Assembly: GCA_039918195.1 (NCBI GenBank)
Contig: JBDSIC010000049.1
Coordinates: 1 to 39,255 of the forward strand
From: Mucilaginibacter sp.
GTDB taxonomy: Bacteria > Bacteroidota > Bacteroidia > Sphingobacteriales > Sphingobacteriaceae
DNA length: 39,255 nt
Reading direction: 5' to 3'
Shown here: positions 8,977 through 17,942 of the stretch, piece after piece
Layout: every line of letters begins with the position of its first letter
Numbering within the stretch: the stretch's first letter is position 1
Notes under the pieces: model-generated
The model's database searches: none
Told to the model about the DNA's origin: nothing
The model's input: the letters and a program-made list of their open reading frames with translations, nothing else
Translations under genes and position numbers: made by a program

Positions 8977-9732
8977 TCGAAACGTATTATCCCCTGTTTA
9001 GATGTAAAGGACGGCCGCACCGTAAAAGGTGTGAACTTTGTTGACCTGCGTGATGCGGGCGACCCGGTTGAACTGGCCTGGAATTACTCACGCCAGGGCG
9101 CTGATGAACTGGTGTTTTTAGACATCACCGCTACCGTGGAGCGCCGTAAAACAATGGTGGAACTGGTTAAATCAGTTGCAAGGCAGATAAACATCCCTTT
9201 TACTATAGGCGGCGGCATTACCCAGATAGCAGATGCTGATGCTTTACTAAATGCGGGAGCTGATAAAATATCCATCAACTCTGCCGCGGTGCGCAACCCC
9301 GCGCTTATTGACGAACTGGCTAAGGCCTTCGGTGTTCAGTTTGTGGTGATAGCTGTTGACACACGCAGTATTGACGGTAAAAACATTGTACATTTGAACG
9401 GTGGCCGTTTACCTACCGAAAGGGAAACCCTGGAGTGGATACTGGAAGCCGAAAGCCGTGGCGCAGGTGAAATACTACTTACTTCGATGGACCATGACGG
9501 CACTAAGGCAGGCTTTGACAATGGCTTTTTAAAGACGGTGAACGATGCCGTGCATATCCCGGTGATAGCTTCGGGCGGGGCAGGGTCTGTGCAGCATTTT
9601 GTGGATGTATTTGAAAAAACCAATGTAGATGCCGCGCTGGCAGCTTCGGTTTTTCATTACGGAGATATACTGATACCTGATTTGAAGAGAATTTTAAAAG
9701 AGAATAATATAGAGGTAAGGATAGTGGATTGA
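8593..9732 (+). CDS. hisF: DUF559-HisF fusion: N-terminal DUF559 domain plus IGP synthase cyclase
   Basis: HisF begins [11 protein letters not shown] at 8974 with no Met of its own; [33 protein letters not shown] follow. Confidence 0.9.
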   Translation: MKKKLFLGANVETFINAKALRYNLTPTEHLLLGALKSNIDAKFRSQHPLGNYIADFYCHQHKLVIEVDGSIHLLPEILKNDIEKQAYLESEGLRVLRFNNNDVLYHLEKVLETINKHISSPFRGRGGLSKRIIPCLDVKDGRTVKGVNFVDLRDAGDPVELAWNYSRQGADELVFLDITATVERRKTMVELVKSVARQINIPFTIGGGITQIADADALLNAGADKISINSAAVRNPALIDELAKAFGVQFVVIAVDTRSIDGKNIVHLNGGRLPTERETLEWILEAESRGAGEILLTSMDHDGTKAGFDNGFLKTVNDAVHIPVIASGGAGSVQHFVDVFEKTNVDAALAASVFHYGDILIPDLKRILKENNIEVRIVD

Positions 9733-9758
9733 CCTTAACCGTCATTTTTTTACAACCC

Positions 9759-9782
9759 GTTGCTGATGTCCGCACCGGCAAC
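9759..9782. repeat. Small imperfect palindrome GTTGCTGATG-TCCG-CACCGGCAAC (possible REP)
   Basis: 8/10 complementary arms in the hisF-hisIE gap; single copy in the window. Confidence 0.4.
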
Positions 9783-9796
9783 AGACATATAAACAG

Positions 9797-10384
9797 ATGA
9801 ATATCGATTTCGACAAAACAAATGGTTTAGTACCCGTAGTTATACAGGACGAGCAAACCCTTGAAGTGCTGATGCTGGGTTACATGAACCGGGAGGCCTA
9901 CGATAAAACCCTGCAGGAAAACATCGTAACCTTTTTCTCACGCACTAAAAACCGCCTGTGGACCAAAGGCGAAACCAGCAACAACTTTTTACACGTAAAA
10001 GATATTAAACTGGATTGCGATAATGATACCCTGCTGATAAAGGTAAAAGCCGACGGCCCCACCTGTCACACCGGCGACCGCAGCTGTTTTAAAACCGAAT
10101 ATAACCGCAACTTTATATCAGAGTTAGAGCGCATTATTGACGACCGTTATACCAATCCGACAGAAAGTTCGTACGTTAATAAATTGCGTACTAAAGGTTT
10201 AAATAAGATAAGTCAAAAAGTTGGTGAAGAAGCCGTTGAAACAGTTATTGCTGCTCTTGCCGAAACTGAAACGGACTTAATAAATGAAGCGTCAGACCTG
10301 GTGTTTCACTTGTTAGTTTTGCTTCGCGAGAAAGGCGTTACACTTGATACAATTGCGAAAAATTTAGAAGAGAGGCATAAATAG
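9797..10384 (+). CDS. hisIE: Bifunctional PR-AMP cyclohydrolase / PR-ATP pyrophosphatase
   Basis: LWTKGETS, DCDND, CHTG..SCF, KVGEEAVE. Confidence 0.96.
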   Translation: MNIDFDKTNGLVPVVIQDEQTLEVLMLGYMNREAYDKTLQENIVTFFSRTKNRLWTKGETSNNFLHVKDIKLDCDNDTLLIKVKADGPTCHTGDRSCFKTEYNRNFISELERIIDDRYTNPTESSYVNKLRTKGLNKISQKVGEEAVETVIAALAETETDLINEASDLVFHLLVLLREKGVTLDTIAKNLEERHK

Positions 10385-10473
10385 TTCATGGTTGAGTGTT
10401 CATAGTTCATAGCCGAAAATCAGGCTAACCGAAAACGAGCTACCATGAACCATCAACTATGAACTATGAACTA
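10382..10473. repeat. Inverted pair of heptamer tandem arrays (TAGTTCA / TGAACTA)
   Basis: Arms at 10382-10413 and ~10443-10473. Confidence 0.85.
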
Positions 10474-10475
10474 AA

Positions 10476-11381
10476 ATGGTAACCGCAGAAAAGCTAATCG
10501 AATTAACCGGGCACAGCAACCCCATATTTACTGCGGAGCTTTCGCAGAAACCGGGGATATTGTTTACCGGCGGCAATGACAAGGGCGTTGTTGAATGGAG
10601 CCTCGAAGATCTCTCTTTCATTAAAGTAATTTTTCCCGTACCGGCTTCTGTTTATGCGCTTAACTGCCCCGAGGGCTTCCCCTACCTGTTTGCAGGTTTA
10701 CGTACCGGCGATGTGGCCGTTTTTGATTTTACACAGCAAAAAGTTATATCCCCTTTAAAGCATCACACCAAGCCTATATTTGATATTAAGCCGGTTATAG
10801 CTAAAAATGAACTGCTCGTGGCATCAGAGGATGGTACTGTATCTGTTTGGAGCCTTGACACGCTACAATCGCTGCACACCATACAGGTATCGCATGATAC
10901 GGTGCGTTCGATCGCCGTATCGCCACAAAAAAAACATGTTGCTTTTGGCTGCCGCGATAACAGCATCAGGGTATATGACCTGGAAGATTATGGCTACATA
11001 AACACTTTACAAGGACATACCATGTCAGTATTCTCCCTGGCTTATTCGCCCAATGGCGATTATTTGGTTTCGGGTGCCCGCGATGCGCAGGTAAAAATAT
11101 GGGATACCATTGAATATTCACTACTTCAAAACATTCCCGCGCATTTGTTTGCTGTTAATCATATCGCCTTCCACCCTACACAACCCTATTTTGCTACCGC
11201 GAGTATGGATAAAAGCATTAAAATATGGGATGCACACAATTTTAAACTACGGAAAGCTATCAGCCGCGAAAAGGGCCATGCCGGGCATGTGCTATCCATC
11301 AACAAACTGGCCTGGAACGGTAACCAACTGATTTCCGTAAGCGATGATAAACGCGTTATTGTTTGGAATATCGGCTTTTAA
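10476..11381 (+). CDS. WD40-repeat beta-propeller protein
   Basis: Repeated GH...S...D..VKIWD units (about 7). Confidence 0.92.
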   Translation: MVTAEKLIELTGHSNPIFTAELSQKPGILFTGGNDKGVVEWSLEDLSFIKVIFPVPASVYALNCPEGFPYLFAGLRTGDVAVFDFTQQKVISPLKHHTKPIFDIKPVIAKNELLVASEDGTVSVWSLDTLQSLHTIQVSHDTVRSIAVSPQKKHVAFGCRDNSIRVYDLEDYGYINTLQGHTMSVFSLAYSPNGDYLVSGARDAQVKIWDTIEYSLLQNIPAHLFAVNHIAFHPTQPYFATASMDKSIKIWDAHNFKLRKAISREKGHAGHVLSINKLAWNGNQLISVSDDKRVIVWNIGF

Positions 11382-12145
11382 ACGAACCTTTTAAGACTGT
11401 TAAATTTATGGGTGTAATGCCCTAACTCATCCGAATAGATACCTTCCTCATCTATCGTATTTATTTTAACCTTCCCGGATGCGTGAATGATGTTCTCGTT
11501 ATCCAGCATAATGCCTACATGGGTTATCTTACCATCCTTGTTTTCGAAAAAGGCAAGGTCGCCTTCCTGCGCATCATGTAGATTATCTACTAACACTCCT
11601 TGCCTTGCCTGCTGGCTGGCATCGCGGTCTATTTTTATACCGTGCCACTTTAATACAGCCTGTGTAAGGCCCGAACAGTCTATACCGAAATGAGTACGCC
11701 CGCCCCACAGGTATGGCGCGTTCATAAACTGCATGGCTGTTTCGGTGATGCTTTCCCGCTCTTCCTCGTCGTCAATTTCTGGTACAAGGTAGGTTTCGTC
11801 GTTAATACGGCATTCAGTCCCCTGCAGGTATGGCAGCGAACTGCCAAACGGCAAATACAGCAAACTCATATCCGACTTTTTAAAAACCCAAGACACCGGG
11901 CTGTTAGTTATGGCCGGCGGTGTTTGTTTAATATGGTCGTAAGTTTCCTTATCGGTCAGCACGAACAACATTCGCCCAATCCAGCCGGTATAGTTATCGT
12001 AGGCGGTGGTTATTTTCACCCAGTTTTCCTGCCACTCCAATATCTCAAAGGCCTCGCCAAACAACATTTGAGTTGTTTGTTCAGCGCGTTCGTTGGGTTC
12101 GGCACGCAGGGGGGCTATAGCAAGGTTACATATTCCGTATTCCAT
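11378..12145 (-). CDS. NlpC/P60 (C40) peptidase with N-terminal SH3-like domain (YkfC-like)
   Basis: PYLWGG, GIDCSG, RDASQQ, HVGI, IIHAS. Confidence 0.9.
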   Translation of the reverse strand: MEYGICNLAIAPLRAEPNERAEQTTQMLFGEAFEILEWQENWVKITTAYDNYTGWIGRMLFVLTDKETYDHIKQTPPAITNSPVSWVFKKSDMSLLYLPFGSSLPYLQGTECRINDETYLVPEIDDEEERESITETAMQFMNAPYLWGGRTHFGIDCSGLTQAVLKWHGIKIDRDASQQARQGVLVDNLHDAQEGDLAFFENKDGKITHVGIMLDNENIIHASGKVKINTIDEEGIYSDELGHYTHKFNSLKRFV

Positions 12146-12185
12146 ATTTTTTATAAAAACATTTAAAATTAAATAAAAAGATAAA

Positions 12186-12204
12186 TATATTTGTAAGTAC
12201 TTAC
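12186..12204 (+). promoter_or_regulatory. -7 promoter box followed by perfect palindrome GTAAGTACTTAC (putative MarR operator)
   Basis: TATATTTG 12186-12193; palindrome 12193-12204; 20 nt upstream of the MarR-GNAT start. Confidence 0.6.
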
Positions 12205-12224
12205 GTAATTAAATACATTAATAT

Positions 12225-13169
12225 ATGTCAATTATTGATGATCTGCAGGAACTTGCGATAGGCTCAAGATTAAAACGGCTTTATGATACCTTTGCCAAAG
12301 ATGTGGCACAGATATACAAGGATGAAGAATTAACCTTCGAACCAAAGTATTTTACACTTTATTATTTAATCAGCCGCCGTGGCGAAATTGGCATAACCGA
12401 AATTGCTGATGAACTTGCCCTTACCCACCCGGGCGTAATTCATTTAGCGCGGGAGTTAGAAGCGTTGGGCTATATAGAGTCCATAAAATCGAAAACTGAC
12501 AGTCGTAAGCGAATACTCCGTTTATCTGTAAAGGGTAAGGAATCGTTACCCAAATTTGAACACGTATGGGCTAAGATAACCAGCCTGAATAAATCACTGT
12601 TTGAAAACCAGCAGAACAATTTGTTAACAGCTGTTGCCGAAACGGAAGAACAACTGAACGAAAAGAACTATTACCAGCGCTTTAAAGAGATGTTTATACC
12701 CGGCGGACAATCTGAAATAAAGATATTGGAGTACGAACCGAGATTGGCTAAGTACTTCAAATCGTTAAATATAGAGTGGATAAACACCTACTTCACAGTT
12801 GAGGCGCATGATCTGGAGCAGCTTGACCACCCGGAAGAGCACATACTAAAAGATGGTGGCCGCGTTATTTTTGCCGAAGTTGATGGCGAAATAGCCGGTA
12901 CCTGCGCTATGATAAAGACCGGCAAAGATGAATTTGAACTGGCAAAAATGGGTGTTAGTCCGCGCTACCAGGGTCGCAAAGTCGGCCAGGCATTGGTTGA
13001 TGCTGTTTTTGTAATTGCTAAAGAGCTCAGAACAAAACGCCTATGGCTCGGCTCAAACAGCAAACTGGCCCCTGCCCTTAATATTTACCGCAAATATGGA
13101 TTTAAGGATATTCCTGTAGGCAACACGCCTTACAAGCGGGCTGATGTGAAGATGGAAATATATTTATAA
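12225..13169 (+). CDS. MarR-family HTH regulator fused to a GNAT acetyltransferase
   Basis: N-terminal winged helix (ITEIADEL, DSRKR); C-terminal ELAKMGVSPRYQGRKVG...YRKYGF. Confidence 0.9.
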   Translation: MSIIDDLQELAIGSRLKRLYDTFAKDVAQIYKDEELTFEPKYFTLYYLISRRGEIGITEIADELALTHPGVIHLARELEALGYIESIKSKTDSRKRILRLSVKGKESLPKFEHVWAKITSLNKSLFENQQNNLLTAVAETEEQLNEKNYYQRFKEMFIPGGQSEIKILEYEPRLAKYFKSLNIEWINTYFTVEAHDLEQLDHPEEHILKDGGRVIFAEVDGEIAGTCAMIKTGKDEFELAKMGVSPRYQGRKVGQALVDAVFVIAKELRTKRLWLGSNSKLAPALNIYRKYGFKDIPVGNTPYKRADVKMEIYL

Positions 13170-13174
13170 CCAAC

Positions 13175-13205
13175 AAAAAAGGGATAACGAAACCGTTATC
13201 CCTTT
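13175..13205 (-). terminator. Intrinsic terminator, probably bidirectional
   Basis: AAAGGGATAACG-AAAC-CGTTATCCCTTT stem with an A6 run (U6 on minus) between convergent genes. Confidence 0.8.
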
Positions 13206-13227
13206 AATATTTTAAAGCAATTTTGGG

Positions 13228-13581
13228 TTATTCGCCCAAATGCAACCATTCCTTTTTGGCCAGTAATTCCTCTTCTGTCTCGCGGATGTCTTCGTCATCT
13301 ACGCAGCAATCAACAGGGCATACAGCAGCACACTGTGGTTCGTCGTGAAAACCAACACACTCGGTACATTTATCAGGAACTATGTAGTATATATCGTCAG
13401 ACAGAGCGGCCTGTGTTTCTTCGGCATTAAGTGTATTGCCATCGCCAAAATCGATAACACCCTTTAAACCTGTACCATCAGAGAAACGCCAAGCGGCACC
13501 TGCATCATAAATAGCATTATTAGGGCATTCTGGTTCGCAGGCCCCGCAGTTTATGCATTCATCGGTGATTTTAATCGCCAT
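13228..13581 (-). CDS. 2[4Fe-4S] ferredoxin (YfhL-like)
   Basis: CINCGACEPECP and CTECVG...CAAVCP. Confidence 0.93.
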   Translation of the reverse strand: MAIKITDECINCGACEPECPNNAIYDAGAAWRFSDGTGLKGVIDFGDGNTLNAEETQAALSDDIYYIVPDKCTECVGFHDEPQCAAVCPVDCCVDDEDIRETEEELLAKKEWLHLGE

Positions 13582-13607
13582 ATTTTATATTATGTTATAA
13601 TCTAAAT

Positions 13608-13639
13608 TAACTTTGCCTGTTACTTTTGCTGCAAATATA
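13608..13639. promoter_or_regulatory. Opposed -7 boxes for the ferredoxin and LuxC-like genes
   Basis: Plus strand TAACTTTG 13608-13615 and TACTTTTG 13621-13628; minus strand TATATTTG 13639-13632. Confidence 0.5.
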
Positions 13640-13681
13640 ACAAAAAAACACTTTCAGGGTTTACCCCGGTAATCATTTTAT

Positions 13682-14707
13682 ATGTCAAATTACATTCCAA
13701 ACACATTAATAACTTCATTTTCGATACTTGGCGAACACCTGCGCAATCCTGATAGCGAGCTAAAAGAGCTGATAGACACAGAGAAACTGTACAATGCCTG
13801 GTTCACACCCGAAAGCGTTTCGGCAGCTATATCAGCCATTGCCGAAAACCTGAACAGCTTTGATTTGACCAAATTGGTAGCGCGTTATACTCTCGGCTCA
13901 AACGATACTCCTAAAAACGTCGGGCTGATACTGGCCGGCAACATCCCGTTGGTTGGTTTTCATGATATTTTATGTGTGTTGATAACGGGCAATCATGCGC
14001 TGATAAAGGCTTCGTCGCAGGATAGCAGGCTGATCAAGTATATTTTGCATAAGCTGGTTAACATCGATAAGACCTTTGATGGCCGCTTCACTTTTGTGGA
14101 AAGGCTGCAACACTTCGACGCGGTTATAGCCACCGGCAGCGATAATTCATCACGATATTTTGAGTATTATTTTGGCAAGGTGCCGCATATCATCCGCAAA
14201 AACCGGAACAGCCTTGCGCTACTCACAGGCGAAGAAACAACCGCACAACTATTTGAATTGGGCCACGACCTATTTGATTATTATGGCCTGGGTTGCCGCA
14301 ATGTATCTAAACTACTGGTGCCGGAAGGTTATAACTTTGTCCCATTTTTTGAGGCGATAGAACCTTATAACCAAATCATCAATCACCACAAATACAATAA
14401 CAACTACGATTATAACAAATCAGTTTACCTGGTGAACGGAGAAAAGCATTTGGATAACGGCTTTTTATTGGTAAAGGAAGATGAAAGGCTGGCCTCGCCC
14501 CTTGCCGTGTTATTTTTTGAATATTACAGCGATCCGGCATCTGCAGCAAATATCATCAACACACAAAGCGAAAAGATTCAATGTGTGGTAAGTTCGTTAC
14601 CATTAAAAGTTAGTGCGCAGGTGGTAGGTTTCGGCAAAAGCCAGCAGCCCGAACTGGCCGATTATGCCGATGGTATTGATACGATGAAATTTTTGGCTGA
14701 TCTTTAA
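13682..14707 (+). CDS. Acyl-CoA reductase (LuxC-like, ALDH superfamily)
   Basis: ILAGNIPLVGFHD, VIATGS, GLGCRNVSK. Confidence 0.85.
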   Translation: MSNYIPNTLITSFSILGEHLRNPDSELKELIDTEKLYNAWFTPESVSAAISAIAENLNSFDLTKLVARYTLGSNDTPKNVGLILAGNIPLVGFHDILCVLITGNHALIKASSQDSRLIKYILHKLVNIDKTFDGRFTFVERLQHFDAVIATGSDNSSRYFEYYFGKVPHIIRKNRNSLALLTGEETTAQLFELGHDLFDYYGLGCRNVSKLLVPEGYNFVPFFEAIEPYNQIINHHKYNNNYDYNKSVYLVNGEKHLDNGFLLVKEDERLASPLAVLFFEYYSDPASAANIINTQSEKIQCVVSSLPLKVSAQVVGFGKSQQPELADYADGIDTMKFLADL

Positions 14708-14742
14708 AATAACGATACCTTTGGGAAAACAGTTCACTGTTT

Positions 14743-14822
14743 TGGTTCATGGTTAATGGTTCATGGTTGATAGCCGGGATTTCAGACTTTGCTATGAACT
14801 ATCAACAATGAACCATGAACTA
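14743..14822. repeat. Inverted pair of heptamer tandem arrays (TGGTTCA / TGAACYA)
   Basis: Arms at 14743-14774 and 14791-14822. Confidence 0.85.
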
Positions 14823-14824
14823 AC

Positions 14825-15031
14825 ATGTATATTATAAAAGTAAAAGGCGTTGCCAAAATACCTGATTATGTACAGCTAAGGGATGATAAGTTTACCCTGC
14901 TGGCTTATTTTAGGGTTGACAGGCCCGACAAGTCGTTGGATAAGGTGGGGCTTACCGACAAGGCTGAGTACATTATGAATATTATTAAAGACCTCCCCTT
15001 CGGGCAGATATTAAAATTAGACCTGGATTAA
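14825..15031 (+). CDS. Small conserved hypothetical protein
   Basis: 68 aa (MYIIKVKGVAKIPDYVQLRD...), 5 nt upstream of the ftsE-like gene. Confidence 0.75.
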   Translation: MYIIKVKGVAKIPDYVQLRDDKFTLLAYFRVDRPDKSLDKVGLTDKAEYIMNIIKDLPFGQILKLDLD

Positions 15032-15036
15032 AAACG

Positions 15037-15723
15037 ATGATAGGAAACTCTATTATAAAACTAAGCGGTGTAGATATTTTTCAGCAGAAACACCTGGTAT
15101 TATCAAACGTCGACCTGCATATTGACAAGGGCGATTTTGTGTGGCTGATTGGCCAGACCGGCTCGGGCAAAAGTAGTTTACTAAAAGTAATTTACGGCGA
15201 CCTGCACATCAACAGCGGCAGCGGCCATGCCTGCGGGTACGACCTGAACAAGCTATCCGGCAGCGATGTGCCCTTCTTGCGCCGCAAACTGGGCATCGTA
15301 TTCCAGGATTTTCAATTGCTTACCGACCGTACTGTAGAGCAAAACCTGCATTTTGTGATGCGCGCCACCGGCTGGAAAGACGCAAAACTGATAAACGAGC
15401 GTACACTGGATGTATTGGAGAAAGTTGGCCTGCGATCAAAATTAAAAAAAATGCCGCATGAACTATCTGGCGGTGAGCAGCAAAGGGTGGTAATAGCCCG
15501 CGCCCTGCTAAACGACCCCGAGATCATACTGGCCGACGAGCCAACTGGCAACCTCGACCCGGATACTTCTGAAGAGATAGTAACCCTTTTAAAGCAGATA
15601 GGCACCCAATTAGGCACTGCCATATTAATGGCCACCCACGATTACCATATCATCCGTACATTCCCATCGCGCATTATCAAATGCGAAAATGGCAAAGTGC
15701 TGGAGGATGTTACTATTGGGTAG
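15037..15723 (+). CDS. ftsE: FtsE-like ABC ATP-binding protein
   Basis: [38 protein letters not shown]; no ftsX adjacent. Confidence 0.8.
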   Translation: MIGNSIIKLSGVDIFQQKHLVLSNVDLHIDKGDFVWLIGQTGSGKSSLLKVIYGDLHINSGSGHACGYDLNKLSGSDVPFLRRKLGIVFQDFQLLTDRTVEQNLHFVMRATGWKDAKLINERTLDVLEKVGLRSKLKKMPHELSGGEQQRVVIARALLNDPEIILADEPTGNLDPDTSEEIVTLLKQIGTQLGTAILMATHDYHIIRTFPSRIIKCENGKVLEDVTIG

Positions 15724-15744
15724 CTTTTTATAGCAGGATATTTT

Positions 15745-15850
15745 AGTAGCAGTGGCGGTAGCAGTTGCAGTCAATAAAGCAACTTAAAAATAACTGCTTC
15801 TGCTACTACAATTAAAAATAAAACTGCCACCGCAACTGCCACCGCTGCTA
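15745..15850. repeat. Inverted hexamer tandem arrays (AGTAGC/AGTGGC vs ACTGCC/ACTGCT)
   Basis: Left arm 15745-15771; right arms 15793-15807 and 15823-15850. Confidence 0.7.
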
Positions 15851-15945
15851 TTCAAAAACTGTCATCAATTCCCAAAAATCTAAATGCTACTGTCACCTTG
15901 TCGGCTTTCCCACTATGGCAAGGTACTTGATTGGCACTAATAGCT

Positions 15946-16530
15946 ATGAAATTTAACGATATGCTGAAGAAAAAAAAGAAGGAAACACCTGAAAATTTAA
16001 CTGACGTGCAAAATGAAAATACCCCTGTTGAAGAACAGGAACAACAACAACAAGAAACTTCAGAAATAGCCGAAGGACCAACTGCTGAAGAAAAACTGAA
16101 AGAAGAGCTATCGCAGGCCAATGATAAATACTTGCGCCTGTATGCCGAATTTGATAACTTTAGGCGACGCACCCAAAAAGAGCGTGTAGAATTACTACAA
16201 ACTGCCGGTAAAGAGGTGATCGTATCGCTGTTGCCTGTACTTGACGATTTTGAGCGCGCCTTTAAATCTATGGACCAGGCTACCGACGTTGTTGCAGTTA
16301 AAGCCGGCGTAGAATTGATATACAGTAAATTACATAATATACTGGAGCAAAAAGGCCTTAAACCGATGGAAGCCCTTGGCGAACCTTTTGATGCCGACCT
16401 GCACGAAGCCATTACCAACATACCTGCCCCAAGCGATGAACTGAAAGGCAAAGTAGTTGATCAAATGGAAAAAGGCTATTACCTGGGCGACAAGGTAGTG
16501 CGCTTTGCTAAGGTAATAGTTGGAGCTTAA
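15946..16530 (+). CDS. grpE: Nucleotide exchange factor GrpE (start 15946 or 15961)
   Basis: RLYAEFDNFRRR, LLPVLDDFERA, FDADLHEA, KGY...VRFAKV. Confidence 0.95.
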   Translation: MKFNDMLKKKKKETPENLTDVQNENTPVEEQEQQQQETSEIAEGPTAEEKLKEELSQANDKYLRLYAEFDNFRRRTQKERVELLQTAGKEVIVSLLPVLDDFERAFKSMDQATDVVAVKAGVELIYSKLHNILEQKGLKPMEALGEPFDADLHEAITNIPAPSDELKGKVVDQMEKGYYLGDKVVRFAKVIVGA

Positions 16531-16535
16531 TTAAT

Positions 16536-16658
16536 TTAGTGAATGAGTGATGGGGTGAATGATTGATTGTTTCATCGTTGACCCTCTTAAATTCTTTCAC
16601 GTAAAATATATTATTGATTTAGTTCTTGAATTAATCACTAAATCAATAACTCACTAAA
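16536..16658. repeat. Inverted octamer tandem arrays (TGAGTGAW / AATCACTA)
   Basis: Arms at ~16536-16569 and 16633-16658 in the grpE-dnaJ gap. Confidence 0.65.
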
Positions 16659-16665
16659 TAAAAAT

Positions 16666-17835
16666 ATGTCTAAAAGAGATTACTATGACGTACTGGGAGT
16701 TGCCAAAGGTGCCGATGCCGACGAGATAAAGAAAGCTTACCGCAAAATGGCCATCAAGTATCACCCCGATAAAAACGAGGGCGATAAAGCGGCCGAAGAA
16801 AAATTTAAGGAAGCTGCCGAAGCCTACGAGGTATTAAGCAACCCTGAGAAACGCCAGCGGTATAACCAGTTTGGACACTCGGCCAACGCGCAATCGCCTA
16901 ACGGTGGCGGTGGCTATGGCGGCGGCGGAATGAACATGGAAGACATATTCAGCCAGTTTGGTGATATCTTTGGTGGTGGCAGCCCGTTCGAAGGTTTCTT
17001 TGGCGGTGGCGGCAGGCAAAGCAGCGGCGGTGGCCGCCGTGTTGCGCGTGGCAGTAACCTGCGCATCAAGGTAAAATTAACGCTGGAAGAAATTGCCAAC
17101 GGTGCCGAGAAGAAAATAAAAGTAAACAAGCAGGTAGTTTGCAAAACCTGCGACGGCAGCGGTGCGAAGGATAAATCATCTTTTCAAACCTGTAAAACTT
17201 GCGGCGGTCAGGGTGCGGTGCGTAGGGTAACCAATACTATATTGGGCCAGATGCAAACCACCAGCACCTGCCCTACCTGTAACGGCGAAGGCTCTGTCAT
17301 TACTTCAAAGTGTACCGTATGCCATGGCGACGGAGTTGTACGCGGCGAAGAAACCATTACTATAAATGTTCCTGCAGGTGTTAGCGAAGGCATGCAATTA
17401 AGTATGAGCGGCAAAGGCAATGCAGCCCCGCGCGGCGGTATGCCCGGCGACTTAATTATACTTATAGAAGAATTGCCGCACGAAACCCTGAAACGCGATG
17501 GCAATAACATAATATATGATCTGCATGTAAACTTTGTTGACGCGGCGTTAGGCACCAGCGTTGAAGTGCCTACTATTGACGGAAAAGCCAAAATAAAACT
17601 GGAGCCAGGCACCCAAGGTGGGAAAATACTGCGCCTTAAAGGCAAAGGCGTACCCGAAGTAAACTCATATCACCGCGGCGACCAGTTGGTGCACATCAAT
17701 ATATGGACGCCAAAAGCTTTGAGTCGCGAGGAACGCGAGATATTAGAAAAACTGCAAAGCTCACCAAACTTTAAGCCTAATCCCGGTAAAAATGAGAAAA
17801 GCTTTTTTGAACGGATGAAGGAATATTTTGAGTAA
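16666..17835 (+). CDS. dnaJ: Chaperone DnaJ
   Basis: HPD J-domain, G/F-rich region, four CxxCxGxG repeats. Confidence 0.98.
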   Translation: MSKRDYYDVLGVAKGADADEIKKAYRKMAIKYHPDKNEGDKAAEEKFKEAAEAYEVLSNPEKRQRYNQFGHSANAQSPNGGGGYGGGGMNMEDIFSQFGDIFGGGSPFEGFFGGGGRQSSGGGRRVARGSNLRIKVKLTLEEIANGAEKKIKVNKQVVCKTCDGSGAKDKSSFQTCKTCGGQGAVRRVTNTILGQMQTTSTCPTCNGEGSVITSKCTVCHGDGVVRGEETITINVPAGVSEGMQLSMSGKGNAAPRGGMPGDLIILIEELPHETLKRDGNNIIYDLHVNFVDAALGTSVEVPTIDGKAKIKLEPGTQGGKILRLKGKGVPEVNSYHRGDQLVHINIWTPKALSREEREILEKLQSSPNFKPNPGKNEKSFFERMKEYFE

Positions 17836-17861
17836 GGGCTGAGTTGAAACTAAAAGCTATA

Positions 17862-17890
17862 GGCCCGGGATTTTATCTCGGGCCATTTTT
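17862..17890 (+). terminator. Probable intrinsic terminator after dnaJ
   Basis: GGCCCGGGA-TTTTA-TCTCGGGCC followed by ATTTTT. Confidence 0.65.
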
Positions 17891-17942
17891 ATATTTACTA
17901 ACTTCTTAAACTTTTTTACTGAAACAAAGGTTTATTAGTAAT

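Noticed and set aside
16903-17040. GGC/GGT repeats in dnaJ
   Set aside because: This is the ordinary Gly/Phe-rich linker of DnaJ.
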